Positions 1-9,314 of a stretch of DNA of 64,000 nt are shown here, one piece after another (position 1 is the stretch's first letter; every line of letters starts with the position of its first letter). The DNA lies in the NCBI GenBank assembly GCA_903899705.1, contig CAIUKQ010000309.1, positions 6,484 through 70,483 of the forward strand. The letters run 5' to 3'. The position numbers were made by a program, and so were the translations under genes. Under the pieces are notes generated by a model, which worked only from the letters and a program-made list of their open reading frames with translations, was not told where the DNA came from and did no database searches. This DNA comes from an uncultured beta proteobacterium (lineage in GTDB: Bacteria; Pseudomonadota; Gammaproteobacteria; Burkholderiales; SG8-39).

Positions 1-1148
1 CGAGCAAGCTTCTCGTCATTCCAGTGGGCGACATCGACCCAGCGGTCGCTTGCCGCGCGTATGCGTCGCGTGACGACATCTTTGGTCGGGAAGTTGTAGT
101 AACAGGTGACTTCGAATCTCGAACGGTCGTGCCGCTCGATGATGGGCGCGAACATCGTGGTGACCAGATGGCGCCGCAGGTCTGGCGACACATAGGCCAG
201 GCGGAGGCGGCGTCCCGGTTCGCGGCTGTTGGTGTGTGCAATCGGGGTGGCAGGCGGCGCGGCAAAACGCTGCGACCAGGCCACATGTTCCTGGAACACG
301 CGTTCGGGGCTTGCGGTGCTGTCGTAATTGAAGCAGGAGACGATGCCCGATGCGGCAAGAGCGTTGTTCGGAGACAGGCGCAGCACCTCGCGGTACTGCG
401 CGCTGGCGAGGGCCATCTCGCCGAGGCGGTTGTAGCAATTGGCGAGGTTGTTGTGCGCGACCTCCATATCGGGTGAAGCCTCTGCGAGCGAAAGATAGTG
501 CGCTGCAGCCCTGGTCCACTGGTGGCCTTCCTGGAGTGCAAAGGCGAGCAGCAACCGCGCTTCCTGCGGATGCTCGCAGGATTGCCAATGGCCTTCGAGA
601 AGGTCCGCGGCACCGCCGTAGGCGGCGGGCTGCATTTCCCCTGTGCCCACTGCGCTGGCAATGGCTTGCGCGAGCGCCTGGCGCAGGCCGGGCAGCTCGG
701 AGTCGATATCGAATGCCCGTCGCAAGGAGATAACCGCCTTGCCGTGTTCGTTGAGCCTTGCGCGGGCGGCGCCGAGATTGAACCAGCTGGGTGAATGGGT
801 GCGGTCCAAGTCGGCGGCGCGCTCGAAGCTCTGAACGGCTTGACGCGGCCGGTTCAAGGCAACCAGAGCATTGCCGCGGTTGAAATGAAAGCGCGGCGCG
901 GCGGGCCGCTCCGCAATGGCTTTGTTGATGAGATCCAGTGCCCGGGTGTTATCGCCGCGCTGATGCGCGATGAGGCCGGTGAGGTGCAGGGCGTCGGGGT
1001 CGCGCTGATTGTGTGCCAGCATGTCCGCATAGATATTTTCCGCGGTTGCAAGGTCGCCAGCCTCGTGCAGCGTGAGCGCGCGCTCGAGAGTGGATGAACG
1101 CTCAAAGCCGTCATCACGCCTGCCAAGCAGCCGCTCAAGCCATTTCAT
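1..1148 (-). CDS. TPR-repeat protein with SPINDLY/O-GlcNAc transferase-like (GT41) domain, 3' end beyond window
   Basis: Manually translated; absent from the ORF track because it has no stop in the window. ATG at 1148 overlaps the suhB stop (ATGA). Reads MKWLERLLGRRDDG..LERALTLHEAGDLATAENIY..DALHLTGLIAHQRG..FHFNRGNAL..AHNNLANCY (TPRs), then RRLRLAYVSPDLRRHLV..HDRSRFEVTCY..IRAASDRWVDV..DEKLA (GT41 N-catalytic region). Confidence 0.85.
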   Translation of the reverse strand, partial: MKWLERLLGRRDDGFERSSTLERALTLHEAGDLATAENIYADMLAHNQRDPDALHLTGLIAHQRGDNTRALDLINKAIAERPAAPRFHFNRGNALVALNRPRQAVQSFERAADLDRTHSPSWFNLGAARARLNEHGKAVISLRRAFDIDSELPGLRQALAQAIASAVGTGEMQPAAYGGAADLLEGHWQSCEHPQEARLLLAFALQEGHQWTRAAAHYLSLAEASPDMEVAHNNLANCYNRLGEMALASAQYREVLRLSPNNALAASGIVSCFNYDSTASPERVFQEHVAWSQRFAAPPATPIAHTNSREPGRRLRLAYVSPDLRRHLVTTMFAPIIERHDRSRFEVTCYYNFPTKDVVTRRIRAASDRWVDVAHWNDEKLA

Positions 1149-1951
1149 GCGGCCGGGGTTTTCTCCACGGGGGAGAGTGCCCTGAGCAGAAGATTGAATA
1201 TCTTGGGATTGCCGCCCACGATGCTGCCGGACTTCATGAAGTCGGCTTCGCCGTTCAGGTCCGACACGAGGCCGCCGGCCTCCTGGAGGATGACGGCGCC
1301 CGCGGCGATGTCCCAGGGCGAAAGGCCCAGTTCCCAGAATCCGTCGAGCCGGCCCGCCGCCACATAGGCAAGGTCGAGTGCCGCTGAACCGGCGCGGCGA
1401 ATGCCGGACACCTGGCTCACCACAGAGCGGAACATGGTGAGATAGGCCTCTAGGTTCGACATGTTGGTATAGGGAAAGCCGGTGCCGATCAGTGCGTCTG
1501 CGAAGCGCGTGCGTTTGGAGACACGGATGCGCGAGTCATTCAGGAAGGCGCCGCCGCCGCGCGTTGCGTGGAACAGTTCGTTTTTGAACGGATCGTAGAT
1601 GACGCCGTGTGTCAGTGTTTCGCGGTGCATGACACCGATCGAAACCGCGTACTGCGGAAAGCCGTGGATGAAATTCATCGTGCCATCCAGCGGATCGATG
1701 ATCCAGGTGAATTCGGCGCCGCCCTTGGTGCCGGCGGACTTGCCGGACTCCTCTGCTAATATTGCGTGGTCGGGGTAGGCGGTGCGGATCACGTCGATAA
1801 TGGAGGCTTCCGCGCCCTTGTCTACCTCGGTTACGAAGTCATTGCGGCCCTTGCGTGTCACTGTCACCTGATCGACGTCCCGGGCGGCTCGGTTAATGAG
1901 TGTTCCGGCGCGACGGGCGGCCTTCACGGCGATCGTGATCATTGGATGCAT
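1145..1951 (-). CDS. suhB: Inositol-1-monophosphatase / Nus factor SuhB
   Basis: MHPM..IAVKAARRAG start, DFVTEVD, WIIDPLDGT, RRAGSAALDL, WDIAAG motifs; divergent from trmJ. Confidence 0.95.
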   Translation of the reverse strand: MHPMITIAVKAARRAGTLINRAARDVDQVTVTRKGRNDFVTEVDKGAEASIIDVIRTAYPDHAILAEESGKSAGTKGGAEFTWIIDPLDGTMNFIHGFPQYAVSIGVMHRETLTHGVIYDPFKNELFHATRGGGAFLNDSRIRVSKRTRFADALIGTGFPYTNMSNLEAYLTMFRSVVSQVSGIRRAGSAALDLAYVAAGRLDGFWELGLSPWDIAAGAVILQEAGGLVSDLNGEADFMKSGSIVGGNPKIFNLLLRALSPVEKTPAA

Positions 1952-2060
1952 TGCGACTGGCTTTCGTTTTCAAAGAGCGCTCGCGCAAAGGTGCGTCGGG
2001 CGAGGCCGATTCTACTATCTTGACTCCCTGGCTTTAGATGAATTGTTCCGGATGTTGCCC

Positions 2061-2867
2061 ATGAAACCCGATGCCGCCGTTATTGAAGGCACCGATGCCA
2101 ATGGAGTGAATGTGCCGGCCGCGGATGCGTCATGCCTGAATCGTATCCGCGTGGTGCTTCACCGGCCCTCGCATCCGGGCAATATCGGCGCCGCCGCACG
2201 CGCCATGAAGACCATGGGCCTGTCGCGCCTGGTTTTGGTCGAACCGAGGCGTTTTCCTGACCGCGAGGCCGATGCGCTAGCGGTCAATGCGGTCGACGTG
2301 CTTGCGAGGGTACGGGTATGCGGCAGCCTGAAAGAGGCGCTGGAAGGCGCGGTGGTTGCCTTCGCATTTTCGGCACGCGGACGGGATCTCTCCCATGCGC
2401 CACAGGATGTGCGGGCCGCCGCCAGTGAAGCCATTGCGTTGGCAGATACATCCGAGGTGGCGTTGGTGTTCGGCAATGAGACCGCAGGCCTTGCGAATGA
2501 AGACGTACTCCTGTGCAACCGCCTTGCGACCATCCCGACGGTGTCCGATTTCAGTTCGCTGAATCTTGCGGCGGCGGTGCAGGTCGCGTCGTACGAAATT
2601 CGCATGGCACTGGGTGCTCCGGCGACGGAGGAGGCGGGGGCCGAACTGGCCAGCATTGAACAGGTGGAGCATTTCTACGCGCACCTTGAGGCCAGCCTCG
2701 GGCAAACCGATTTCCTGGAACCGGGAAAACCCAAGCGCATGATGGAACGCATGCGCCGGCTTTTCGGCCGGGCGAAGTTGCAGCGGGAAGAGGTCAACAT
2801 CCTGCGCGGGATGCTCACCGCCTGGGACCGCGCCGTGGGTGGTATCAAGGGCCGGCAAAAAAGTTGA
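2061..2867 (+). CDS. trmJ: tRNA (C32/U32) 2'-O-methyltransferase, SpoU family
   Basis: HPGNIGAAARAMKTMG, VFGNETAGL, SSLNLAAAV, EVNILRG; canonical suhB-trmJ-cysE-iscR context. Start uncertain (ATG 2052 or 2061). Confidence 0.9.
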   Translation: MKPDAAVIEGTDANGVNVPAADASCLNRIRVVLHRPSHPGNIGAAARAMKTMGLSRLVLVEPRRFPDREADALAVNAVDVLARVRVCGSLKEALEGAVVAFAFSARGRDLSHAPQDVRAAASEAIALADTSEVALVFGNETAGLANEDVLLCNRLATIPTVSDFSSLNLAAAVQVASYEIRMALGAPATEEAGAELASIEQVEHFYAHLEASLGQTDFLEPGKPKRMMERMRRLFGRAKLQREEVNILRGMLTAWDRAVGGIKGRQKS

Positions 2868-2892
2868 TTAAATCACTCTGGTTTGCCATAAT
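2860..2892 (+). promoter_or_regulatory. Putative sigma70 promoter of cysE with overlapping IscR type-1-like site
   Basis: TTGATT(2864)-N17-CATAAT(2887) with TG extended -10; AAAGTTGATTAAATCACTCTGGTTT resembles an IscR type-1 operator. Confidence 0.5.
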
Positions 2893-2916
2893 TCAGCATA
2901 ATTCACTGGAGAATCA

Positions 2917-3660
2917 ATGATGTTTTCCCGTCTGAGGGAAGATATTGCGTGTGTTTTCGAGCGCGATCCTGCGGCCCGGTCATCCTGGGAGGTGGTCACC
3001 TGCTACCCGGGTCTTCATGCCCTGACCCTGCACCGCCTGTCGCACTGGCTGTGGCAGAACCGCTTTCGCTGGCTGGCCCGTTTCTGCTCCCATCTGGGCC
3101 GGTTCTTTACCGGCATCGAGATTCATCCCGGGGCCACGGTCGGACGCCGCGTGTTCATTGATCACGGCATGGGCGTGGTTATCGGTGAAACGGCCGAGAT
3201 CGGCGACGATTGCACGCTCTATCACGGCGTCACGCTGGGCGGCACGTCCTGGCAAAAAGGAAAGAGGCATCCCACCCTGCTCACAGGCGTGGTGGTCGGC
3301 GCTGGAGCGAAGGTCATCGGTCCGATCGTGATCGGCGAGGGCGCGAAGATTGGTTCCAATGCGGTGGTGGTCAAGGACGTGCCTGCCGGCGCGACGGCGG
3401 TTGGAATTCCGGCGCGCGTGATCCTTGATGAGCGCGACAAATCCCGTGAGGAGAAGGCGGCGAAGCTCGGATTTTCTGCCTATGCCGTGACTCGGGATGA
3501 TGATCCAATCTCCAAGGCCATCGAGGGGTTACTCGATCACAGCAACGAGATGGAAAATCGTATGTTGATGATTTTAAAGGAAATTGAGACGCTTCGCGCC
3601 GATCAGGACAGTGCCTTGTCCGCCTCCCGGTGGGCCGAGCGCAAGGCTTCCGGTCAATAG
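2917..3660 (+). CDS. cysE: Serine O-acetyltransferase
   Basis: [35 protein letters not shown] hexapeptide-repeat motifs. Confidence 0.96.
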   Translation: MMFSRLREDIACVFERDPAARSSWEVVTCYPGLHALTLHRLSHWLWQNRFRWLARFCSHLGRFFTGIEIHPGATVGRRVFIDHGMGVVIGETAEIGDDCTLYHGVTLGGTSWQKGKRHPTLLTGVVVGAGAKVIGPIVIGEGAKIGSNAVVVKDVPAGATAVGIPARVILDERDKSREEKAAKLGFSAYAVTRDDDPISKAIEGLLDHSNEMENRMLMILKEIETLRADQDSALSASRWAERKASGQ

Positions 3661-3716
3661 TTGATTGTTTTGATCGGATACCGTAAGATTCAATCCTGAC
3701 TAAATAGCTCGGTTAA
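3657..3716 (+). promoter_or_regulatory. iscR promoter with two tandem IscR type-1-like operators
   Basis: TTGATT(3661)-N17-TAAGAT(3684); ATAGTTGATTGTTTTGATCGGATAC (3657-3681) and AATCCTGACTAAATAGCTCGGTTAA (3692-3716) resemble IscR autoregulatory sites. Confidence 0.65.
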
Positions 3717-3772
3717 ATTTTTCGGGCGAACGTTCTTTCCTTCGAAGTGCGATCCAGCCAAAGAGGGCGGCC

Positions 3773-4261
3773 ATGAGACTGACGACAAAAGGGCGATTTG
3801 CGGTAACCGCGATGCTGGACCTGGCCTTGCATGACGGCAAGGGGCCGGTCACGCTGGCCGGCATCAGCAAACGCCAGAACATTTCACTGTCCTATCTGGA
3901 GCAGTTGTTCGGCAAACTGCGCCGGCGCACGCTGGTGGACAGCGTACGCGGCCCCGGAGGCGGATACACGCTGTCCCGGCCCGTGGCCCAGGTGTCGGTG
4001 GCGGAAATCATCCGTGCCGTCGATGAACCGCTGGATGCAACACAGTGCGGCGGGCGTGAGAACTGCCAGGAAGAACAGCGCTGCATGACCCATGAGTTGT
4101 GGTCCACGCTGAATGAGAAAATGTTCGAATATCTCAATTCCGTGAAGCTGTCGGATCTCGTGGTCAAGCAGCGCGAACGCATGGCCAGCGAGGGCGTCGC
4201 AGTCCTCCAGGACAAGCGCGTCATCGAACTGGGAATAAAAGACAGGGTCCAACCGGCCTGA
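3773..4261 (+). CDS. iscR: Fe-S cluster assembly transcriptional regulator
   Basis: [35 protein letters not shown], three Cys plus His cluster ligands (C..C..CMTH). Confidence 0.97.
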   Translation: MRLTTKGRFAVTAMLDLALHDGKGPVTLAGISKRQNISLSYLEQLFGKLRRRTLVDSVRGPGGGYTLSRPVAQVSVAEIIRAVDEPLDATQCGGRENCQEEQRCMTHELWSTLNEKMFEYLNSVKLSDLVVKQRERMASEGVAVLQDKRVIELGIKDRVQPA

Positions 4262-4280
4262 AGATGGAGATGCAGCTGCC

Positions 4281-5489
4281 ATGAAGTTTCCGATTTATCT
4301 TGATTATTCCGCGACCACGCCGGTTGATCCGCGCGTCGCGCAGAAAATGATTCCCTACCTCACCGAGCATTTTGGCAATGCCGCGAGCCGCTCGCATGCC
4401 TATGGCTGGGAATCGGAGAAGGCAGTGGAGGAGGCGCGCGGGCACGTTGCGGCCCTTCTTAACGCCGATCCGCGGGAAATTGTCTGGACCTCCGGTGCTA
4501 CCGAGGGCAATAACCTTGCCATCAAGGGTGCCGCAAATTTCTACAAATCCAAGGGTAAACACATCATCACGGTGAAAACCGAGCACAAAGCCGTGCTCGA
4601 CACCGTGCGTGAATTGGAACGTCAGGGATTCACGGCAACTTACCTCGATCCTCGCGATGATGGGCTCATTACTATCGAGCAACTGCAGGCTGCCATCCGG
4701 CCGGACACCGTGCTGGTTTCGGTGATGATGGTCAACAATGAAATCGGCCTGATCCAGCCCATCGCTGAAATCGGCGAACTGTGCCGTGCCAATGGCATCA
4801 TCTTTCATTGCGACGCGGTGCAGGCGGCGGGCAAGCTTGAAATAGACATGCAAACGCTCAAGGTCGACCTCCTGACCGTGACTGCGCACAAGGTCTACGG
4901 GCCCAAGGGCATCGGCGCGCTCTACGTACGCCGCAAGCCTCGCATTCGCATCGAAGCGCAGGTGCACGGTGGCGGGCACGAGCGCGGGCTTCGTTCGGGC
5001 ACGCTGGCGACGCACCAGATCGTGGGCATGGGCGAGGCCTTTCGCATCGCGAAGCTGGAAATGGCCACCGACAACGAACGCATTCGCGGCCTTCGAGACC
5101 GTCTTTACGCGGGTTTTCTCGACTTGGAGGAAATCTACGTCAACGGCAGCATGGAAAAACGCATTCCCCACAATCTCAACATCAGCTTCAATTTTGTCGA
5201 AGGCGAGTCGCTGATCATGGCGATCAAGGACATCGCGGTATCCTCGGGGTCGGCGTGTACCTCGGCGTCGCTGGAACCCTCCTACGTGCTGCGCGCGCTG
5301 GGCCGTTCCGACGAGCTTGCGCACAGCTCGATCCGGTTCACCATCGGCAAGTACACGACCGTCGAGGAGATCGATTTCGCCATCGAACTCCTGCGGCGCA
5401 AGATCGGCAAGCTGAGGGAACTCTCGCCGCTCTGGGAAATGTTTAAAGACGGCGTGGACCTCAATTCGGTGCAGTGGGCGGCCCACTGA
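4281..5489 (+). CDS. iscS: Cysteine desulfurase
   Basis: [21 protein letters not shown] (PLP Lys), [19 protein letters not shown]-terminus. Confidence 0.98.
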   Translation: MKFPIYLDYSATTPVDPRVAQKMIPYLTEHFGNAASRSHAYGWESEKAVEEARGHVAALLNADPREIVWTSGATEGNNLAIKGAANFYKSKGKHIITVKTEHKAVLDTVRELERQGFTATYLDPRDDGLITIEQLQAAIRPDTVLVSVMMVNNEIGLIQPIAEIGELCRANGIIFHCDAVQAAGKLEIDMQTLKVDLLTVTAHKVYGPKGIGALYVRRKPRIRIEAQVHGGGHERGLRSGTLATHQIVGMGEAFRIAKLEMATDNERIRGLRDRLYAGFLDLEEIYVNGSMEKRIPHNLNISFNFVEGESLIMAIKDIAVSSGSACTSASLEPSYVLRALGRSDELAHSSIRFTIGKYTTVEEIDFAIELLRRKIGKLRELSPLWEMFKDGVDLNSVQWAAH

Positions 5490-5531
5490 CGGGCGCACCT
5501 TCGCGCACAGGATGGATTAAAGGAGTCATAA

Positions 5532-5969
5532 ATGGCATACAGCGACAAGGTCATCGACCATTACGAGAATCCCCGCAATGTGGGGTCCTTCGACAAGGCG
5601 GACGAGCAGGTGGGCACCGGCATGGTCGGCGCGCCGGCCTGTGGTGACGTCATGAAACTGCAGATCCGTGTCAGCAAGGAGGGCATCATCGAGGATGCCC
5701 GCTTCAAGACGTATGGCTGCGGATCCGCCATTGCGTCCTCATCGCTCATCACCGAATGGGTGAAGGGCAAGACGCTGGACGAGGCGGGGAGCATCAAGAA
5801 TTCCCAGATTGCCGAGGAACTGGCCCTGCCGCCGGTGAAAATTCATTGCTCGATCCTCGCTGAGGATGCCATCAAGGCGGCCATCAGCGACTACCGCAAG
5901 AAACACGTGGAAGAATCCGCCGGGCCGTCTTCGGCCGCCGATGCCCCCGGGGCAGGCGCCACCGTCTAA
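5532..5969 (+). CDS. iscU: Fe-S scaffold protein
   Basis: [45 protein letters not shown]. Confidence 0.98.
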   Translation: MAYSDKVIDHYENPRNVGSFDKADEQVGTGMVGAPACGDVMKLQIRVSKEGIIEDARFKTYGCGSAIASSSLITEWVKGKTLDEAGSIKNSQIAEELALPPVKIHCSILAEDAIKAAISDYRKKHVEESAGPSSAADAPGAGATV

Positions 5970-5979
5970 GGACTACGCC

Positions 5980-6303
5980 ATGCCGATTACCCTGACCGAA
6001 CGCGCCGCAACCCACGTCACCAACTTCCTTGCCAAGCGGGGCAAAGGTGTCGGCCTGCGGCTGGGCGTGCGCACCACCGGTTGCTCGGGCCTTGCCTACA
6101 AGCTCGAGTATGCCGATGCACTCAATCCCGAAGATCTGACTTTCGACAGCCATGGCGTTAAGGTGGTCGTTGATCCGAAAAGCCTTCCCTACATTGACGG
6201 CACAGAACTCGATTTTGCGCGCGAAGGCCTCAATGAGGGCTTCAAGTTCAACAACCCGAACGTCAAGGACGAGTGCGGGTGCGGGGAATCGTTCAACGTT
6301 TGA
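5980..6303 (+). CDS. iscA: Fe-S A-type carrier protein
   Basis: Start at [14 protein letters not shown] and ECGCGESF motifs. Confidence 0.97.
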   Translation: MPITLTERAATHVTNFLAKRGKGVGLRLGVRTTGCSGLAYKLEYADALNPEDLTFDSHGVKVVVDPKSLPYIDGTELDFAREGLNEGFKFNNPNVKDECGCGESFNV

Positions 6304-6318
6304 TGGGCCCCGTCCAGG

Positions 6319-6347
6319 AAAAACAGGGGCCTCGCGGCCCCTTTTTT
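6319..6347 (+). terminator. Intrinsic terminator-like hairpin between iscA and hscB
   Basis: AGGGGCC-TCGC-GGCCCCT stem-loop followed by a T6 tract. Confidence 0.7.
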
Positions 6348-6359
6348 GCGGTCTGAAAG

Positions 6360-6887
6360 ATGGCGCAAGCTAAAAATCACTTTGAAGTGCTGGGCGTGCC
6401 GGTCTCGTTTACCGTGGCGTTGGACGCGCTCGACCGCGCCTACCGAAACCTGCAGTCAAAGGTGCACCCGGACCGGTTCGTCAATGCGACCGAAGCCGAA
6501 CGCCGTGTGGCCATGCAGCTTGCCACCGGCGCCAACGAGGCCTACCAGACCCTGAAGCATCCCCTGAAGCGGGCGATCTACCTCCTTGAGATGAGAGACA
6601 TTGATGTTCGTTCCGAGACCAGCATAACCATGGAGCCGGCTTTCCTGATGCAGCAACTCGAATGGCGCGAGAACATCGAGGATGCCCGCGCGGCGCGCAA
6701 CCTGGGTCGGCTGGAATCCCTCCATGACGAATTGATTGCCGAGAAGCGCGTGCGCTTTTCCCACCTGGAAAAGCTGTTTGGCTCGGGCGCCTTTCAACCG
6801 GCCTGCGAAGCGGCGAGGCAGCTGTTGTTCATCGAAAAGCTGGAGCGGGAAATCGGCGACGGTATTGAAGAAATGGATGTTGCCTGA
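6360..6887 (+). CDS. hscB: Fe-S co-chaperone (J-domain)
   Basis: HPDRF J-domain motif, [25 protein letters not shown]. Confidence 0.96.
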   Translation: MAQAKNHFEVLGVPVSFTVALDALDRAYRNLQSKVHPDRFVNATEAERRVAMQLATGANEAYQTLKHPLKRAIYLLEMRDIDVRSETSITMEPAFLMQQLEWRENIEDARAARNLGRLESLHDELIAEKRVRFSHLEKLFGSGAFQPACEAARQLLFIEKLEREIGDGIEEMDVA

Positions 6888-8749
6888 TGGCCTTGCTGCA
6901 GATCTCCGAGCCTGGCGAATCCACGGCACCCCACCAGCACCGGCTGGCGGTGGGCATTGACCTTGGCACCACCAATTCGCTGGTCGCGACGGTACGCAAT
7001 GGCGTGGCCGGAGTGCTCAACGACGAACAGGGTCACCCGCTGCTGCCGTCAATCGTACGCTACGGGGCCGACGGCTCGGTCGAAACCGGTTACGAGGCCG
7101 AGCGCGAGCGCTCGCACGATCCCAAGAACACCATCGTCTCGGTGAAGCGATTCATGGGACGCGGCCTTCGCGATATTGCCTATATTGAAAATTCTCCCTA
7201 TGATTTTGTCGATACGCCGGGCATGGTGCAGATACGCACGGCTGCCGGCGTTAAAAGTCCGGTGGAAGTTTCGGCCGAACTTCTAAGAGTAATGCGCGTA
7301 CGCGCCGAAAAGTCCCTCGGCGGAGAACTGGTGGGTGCGGTGGTCACGGTGCCAGCCTATTTTGACGACGCGCAGCGCCAGGCCACCAAGGATGCAGCCT
7401 CGATTGCCGGCCTGAATGTCATGCGGCTGCTCAACGAGCCCACGGCCGCGGCCATTGCCTATGGACTGGACAATGCCTCCGAAGGCGTTTATGCCGTCTA
7501 CGATCTGGGAGGCGGCACGTTCGATTTTTCCATCCTTCGCCTGTCCACCGGGGTGTTCGAGGTTCTGGCTACCAGCGGCGATGCCGCCCTGGGCGGGGAT
7601 GATTTTGATCATCGTCTGTTCTGCTGGGTGCTCGAGCAGGAAAAGCTTCCGCCGTTATCGGTATCTGATACCAGCCTGCTGCTTGCGAAGGCGCGGCAGG
7701 TCAAGGAGTACCTCACGAACCATAGCGAAGTTCGTTTCAATGCGAAGCTTTCCACCGGCACGGTGGTGGATGTTCCCGTATCGCAATCCGACTTTTGGGA
7801 AATGACCCGGCACCTGGTCGTCAAGACCCTCGTGCCCACGCGCAAGGCCCTGCGAGATGCGGGTCTGTTGTTTTCCGATGTCAAAGGGGTGGTCATGGTG
7901 GGTGGCGCGACGCGCATGCCCCATGTGCAGCGGGCCGTTGAAGGCTGTTTCGGGCAGCCCCCTCTCAACAATCTCGATCCGGACAAGGTAGTCGCGCTGG
8001 GTGCGGCCATGCAGGCCAATGCGCTGGCGGGCAACAAATCGGTGGACGAGGATTGGCTGCTGCTGGATGTGATTCCCCTTTCGCTGGGCCTGGAGACGAT
8101 GGGTGGGCTGGTGGAGCGGGTGATCCACCGCAATTCCACCATTCCGGTGTCCAAGGCACAGGAATTCACCACTTTCAAGGACGGACAGACCGCTATGTCA
8201 ATACACGTCGTGCAGGGCGAGCGCGAACTGGTGTCCGACTGCCGTTCGCTGGCGCGCTTTGAATTGCGCGGAATTCCGCCCATGGTTGCGGGCGCAGCGC
8301 GCATCCGCGTGACATTCCAGGTTGACGCCGATGGCCTGCTCGCGGTGAGCGCGAAGGAAACTACCAGCGGGGCCGAGGCATCGGTCGCGGTGAAGCCATC
8401 CTACGGTCTTTCGGACGAGCGCATTACGAACATGCTCAAGGACTCCTTCGAACATGCGGGCGATGACCTTCGCATTCGGGCGCTGCGTGAACAGCAGGTG
8501 GAGGCCGAGCGAATGCTGGAGTCGGTGGGTGCCGCCCTTGGGCAGGATGAAGCGCTGCTCGAGGCAGCCGAACTGGCGGCAATTAGGACTGCTCTCAACG
8601 GCCTGAAGACCTTGTCACGCCAGTCCGACCACCGCGCCATCAAGCATGCCATTGACGAATTGAACCGCCTGACCGAGCCCTTTGCCGCGCGCCGGATGGA
8701 CCGCTCGGTGCAGCAGGCGCTTACCGGAAAGAGTCTGGCCAGCCTATGA
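6887..8749 (+). CDS. hscA: Fe-S chaperone, Hsp70 family
   Basis: [35 protein letters not shown]. Confidence 0.97.
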   Translation: MALLQISEPGESTAPHQHRLAVGIDLGTTNSLVATVRNGVAGVLNDEQGHPLLPSIVRYGADGSVETGYEAERERSHDPKNTIVSVKRFMGRGLRDIAYIENSPYDFVDTPGMVQIRTAAGVKSPVEVSAELLRVMRVRAEKSLGGELVGAVVTVPAYFDDAQRQATKDAASIAGLNVMRLLNEPTAAAIAYGLDNASEGVYAVYDLGGGTFDFSILRLSTGVFEVLATSGDAALGGDDFDHRLFCWVLEQEKLPPLSVSDTSLLLAKARQVKEYLTNHSEVRFNAKLSTGTVVDVPVSQSDFWEMTRHLVVKTLVPTRKALRDAGLLFSDVKGVVMVGGATRMPHVQRAVEGCFGQPPLNNLDPDKVVALGAAMQANALAGNKSVDEDWLLLDVIPLSLGLETMGGLVERVIHRNSTIPVSKAQEFTTFKDGQTAMSIHVVQGERELVSDCRSLARFELRGIPPMVAGAARIRVTFQVDADGLLAVSAKETTSGAEASVAVKPSYGLSDERITNMLKDSFEHAGDDLRIRALREQQVEAERMLESVGAALGQDEALLEAAELAAIRTALNGLKTLSRQSDHRAIKHAIDELNRLTEPFAARRMDRSVQQALTGKSLASL

Positions 8750-9087
8750 CGCAAATCATCGTCCTGCCGCATGTGGAGCTATGCCCCGATGGCGCGGTGA
8801 TCGAAGCCTCGCCTGGAACATCGCTGTGCGATGCATTGCTCGAGAACGGAATCGCCATCGAGCATGCCTGCGAAAAATCATGCGCCTGTACCACTTGCCA
8901 CGTCATCCTGCGCGAAGGCCAGCAGTCGCTGACACCACCCGAGGAACTCGAGGAAGATCTTCTCGACAAGGCGTGGGGACTGGAGCCGACGTCGCGGCTG
9001 TCCTGCCAGGTGATCGTGGACCGAGCCGACCTGGTCATCGAAATACCGAAATACACCATCAACATGGTTTCCGAAGGCCATCATTAG
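8746..9087 (+). CDS. fdx: ISC [2Fe-2S] ferredoxin
   Basis: [28 protein letters not shown]. Confidence 0.97.
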   Translation: MTQIIVLPHVELCPDGAVIEASPGTSLCDALLENGIAIEHACEKSCACTTCHVILREGQQSLTPPEELEEDLLDKAWGLEPTSRLSCQVIVDRADLVIEIPKYTINMVSEGHH

Positions 9088-9107
9088 AACAGGGAATTCA
9101 GGCCAAC

Positions 9108-9302
9108 ATGAAATGGACCGACACGCTTGAGATCGCCATCGCCCTTTGCGAGAAATTTCCCGACATGGACCCGAAAAACCTGCGATTCACAGATCTGCAT
9201 GCCTGGGTGATGGGACTCGAAGGCTTTGATGATGCCGCTGAACGCTCCGGGGAAAAAATCCTCGAAGCCATCCAGATGGCCTGGATCGAAGAGGCCGAGT
9301 AA
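9108..9302 (+). CDS. iscX: Fe-S assembly protein IscX (YfhJ)
   Basis: MKWTD..IAIAL..RFTDLH.WV..EKILEAIQMAWIEE; 64 aa at the 3' end of track ORF 8682..9302. Confidence 0.95.
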   Translation: MKWTDTLEIAIALCEKFPDMDPKNLRFTDLHAWVMGLEGFDDAAERSGEKILEAIQMAWIEEAE

Positions 9303-9314
9303 CCGCTCTCGCGC

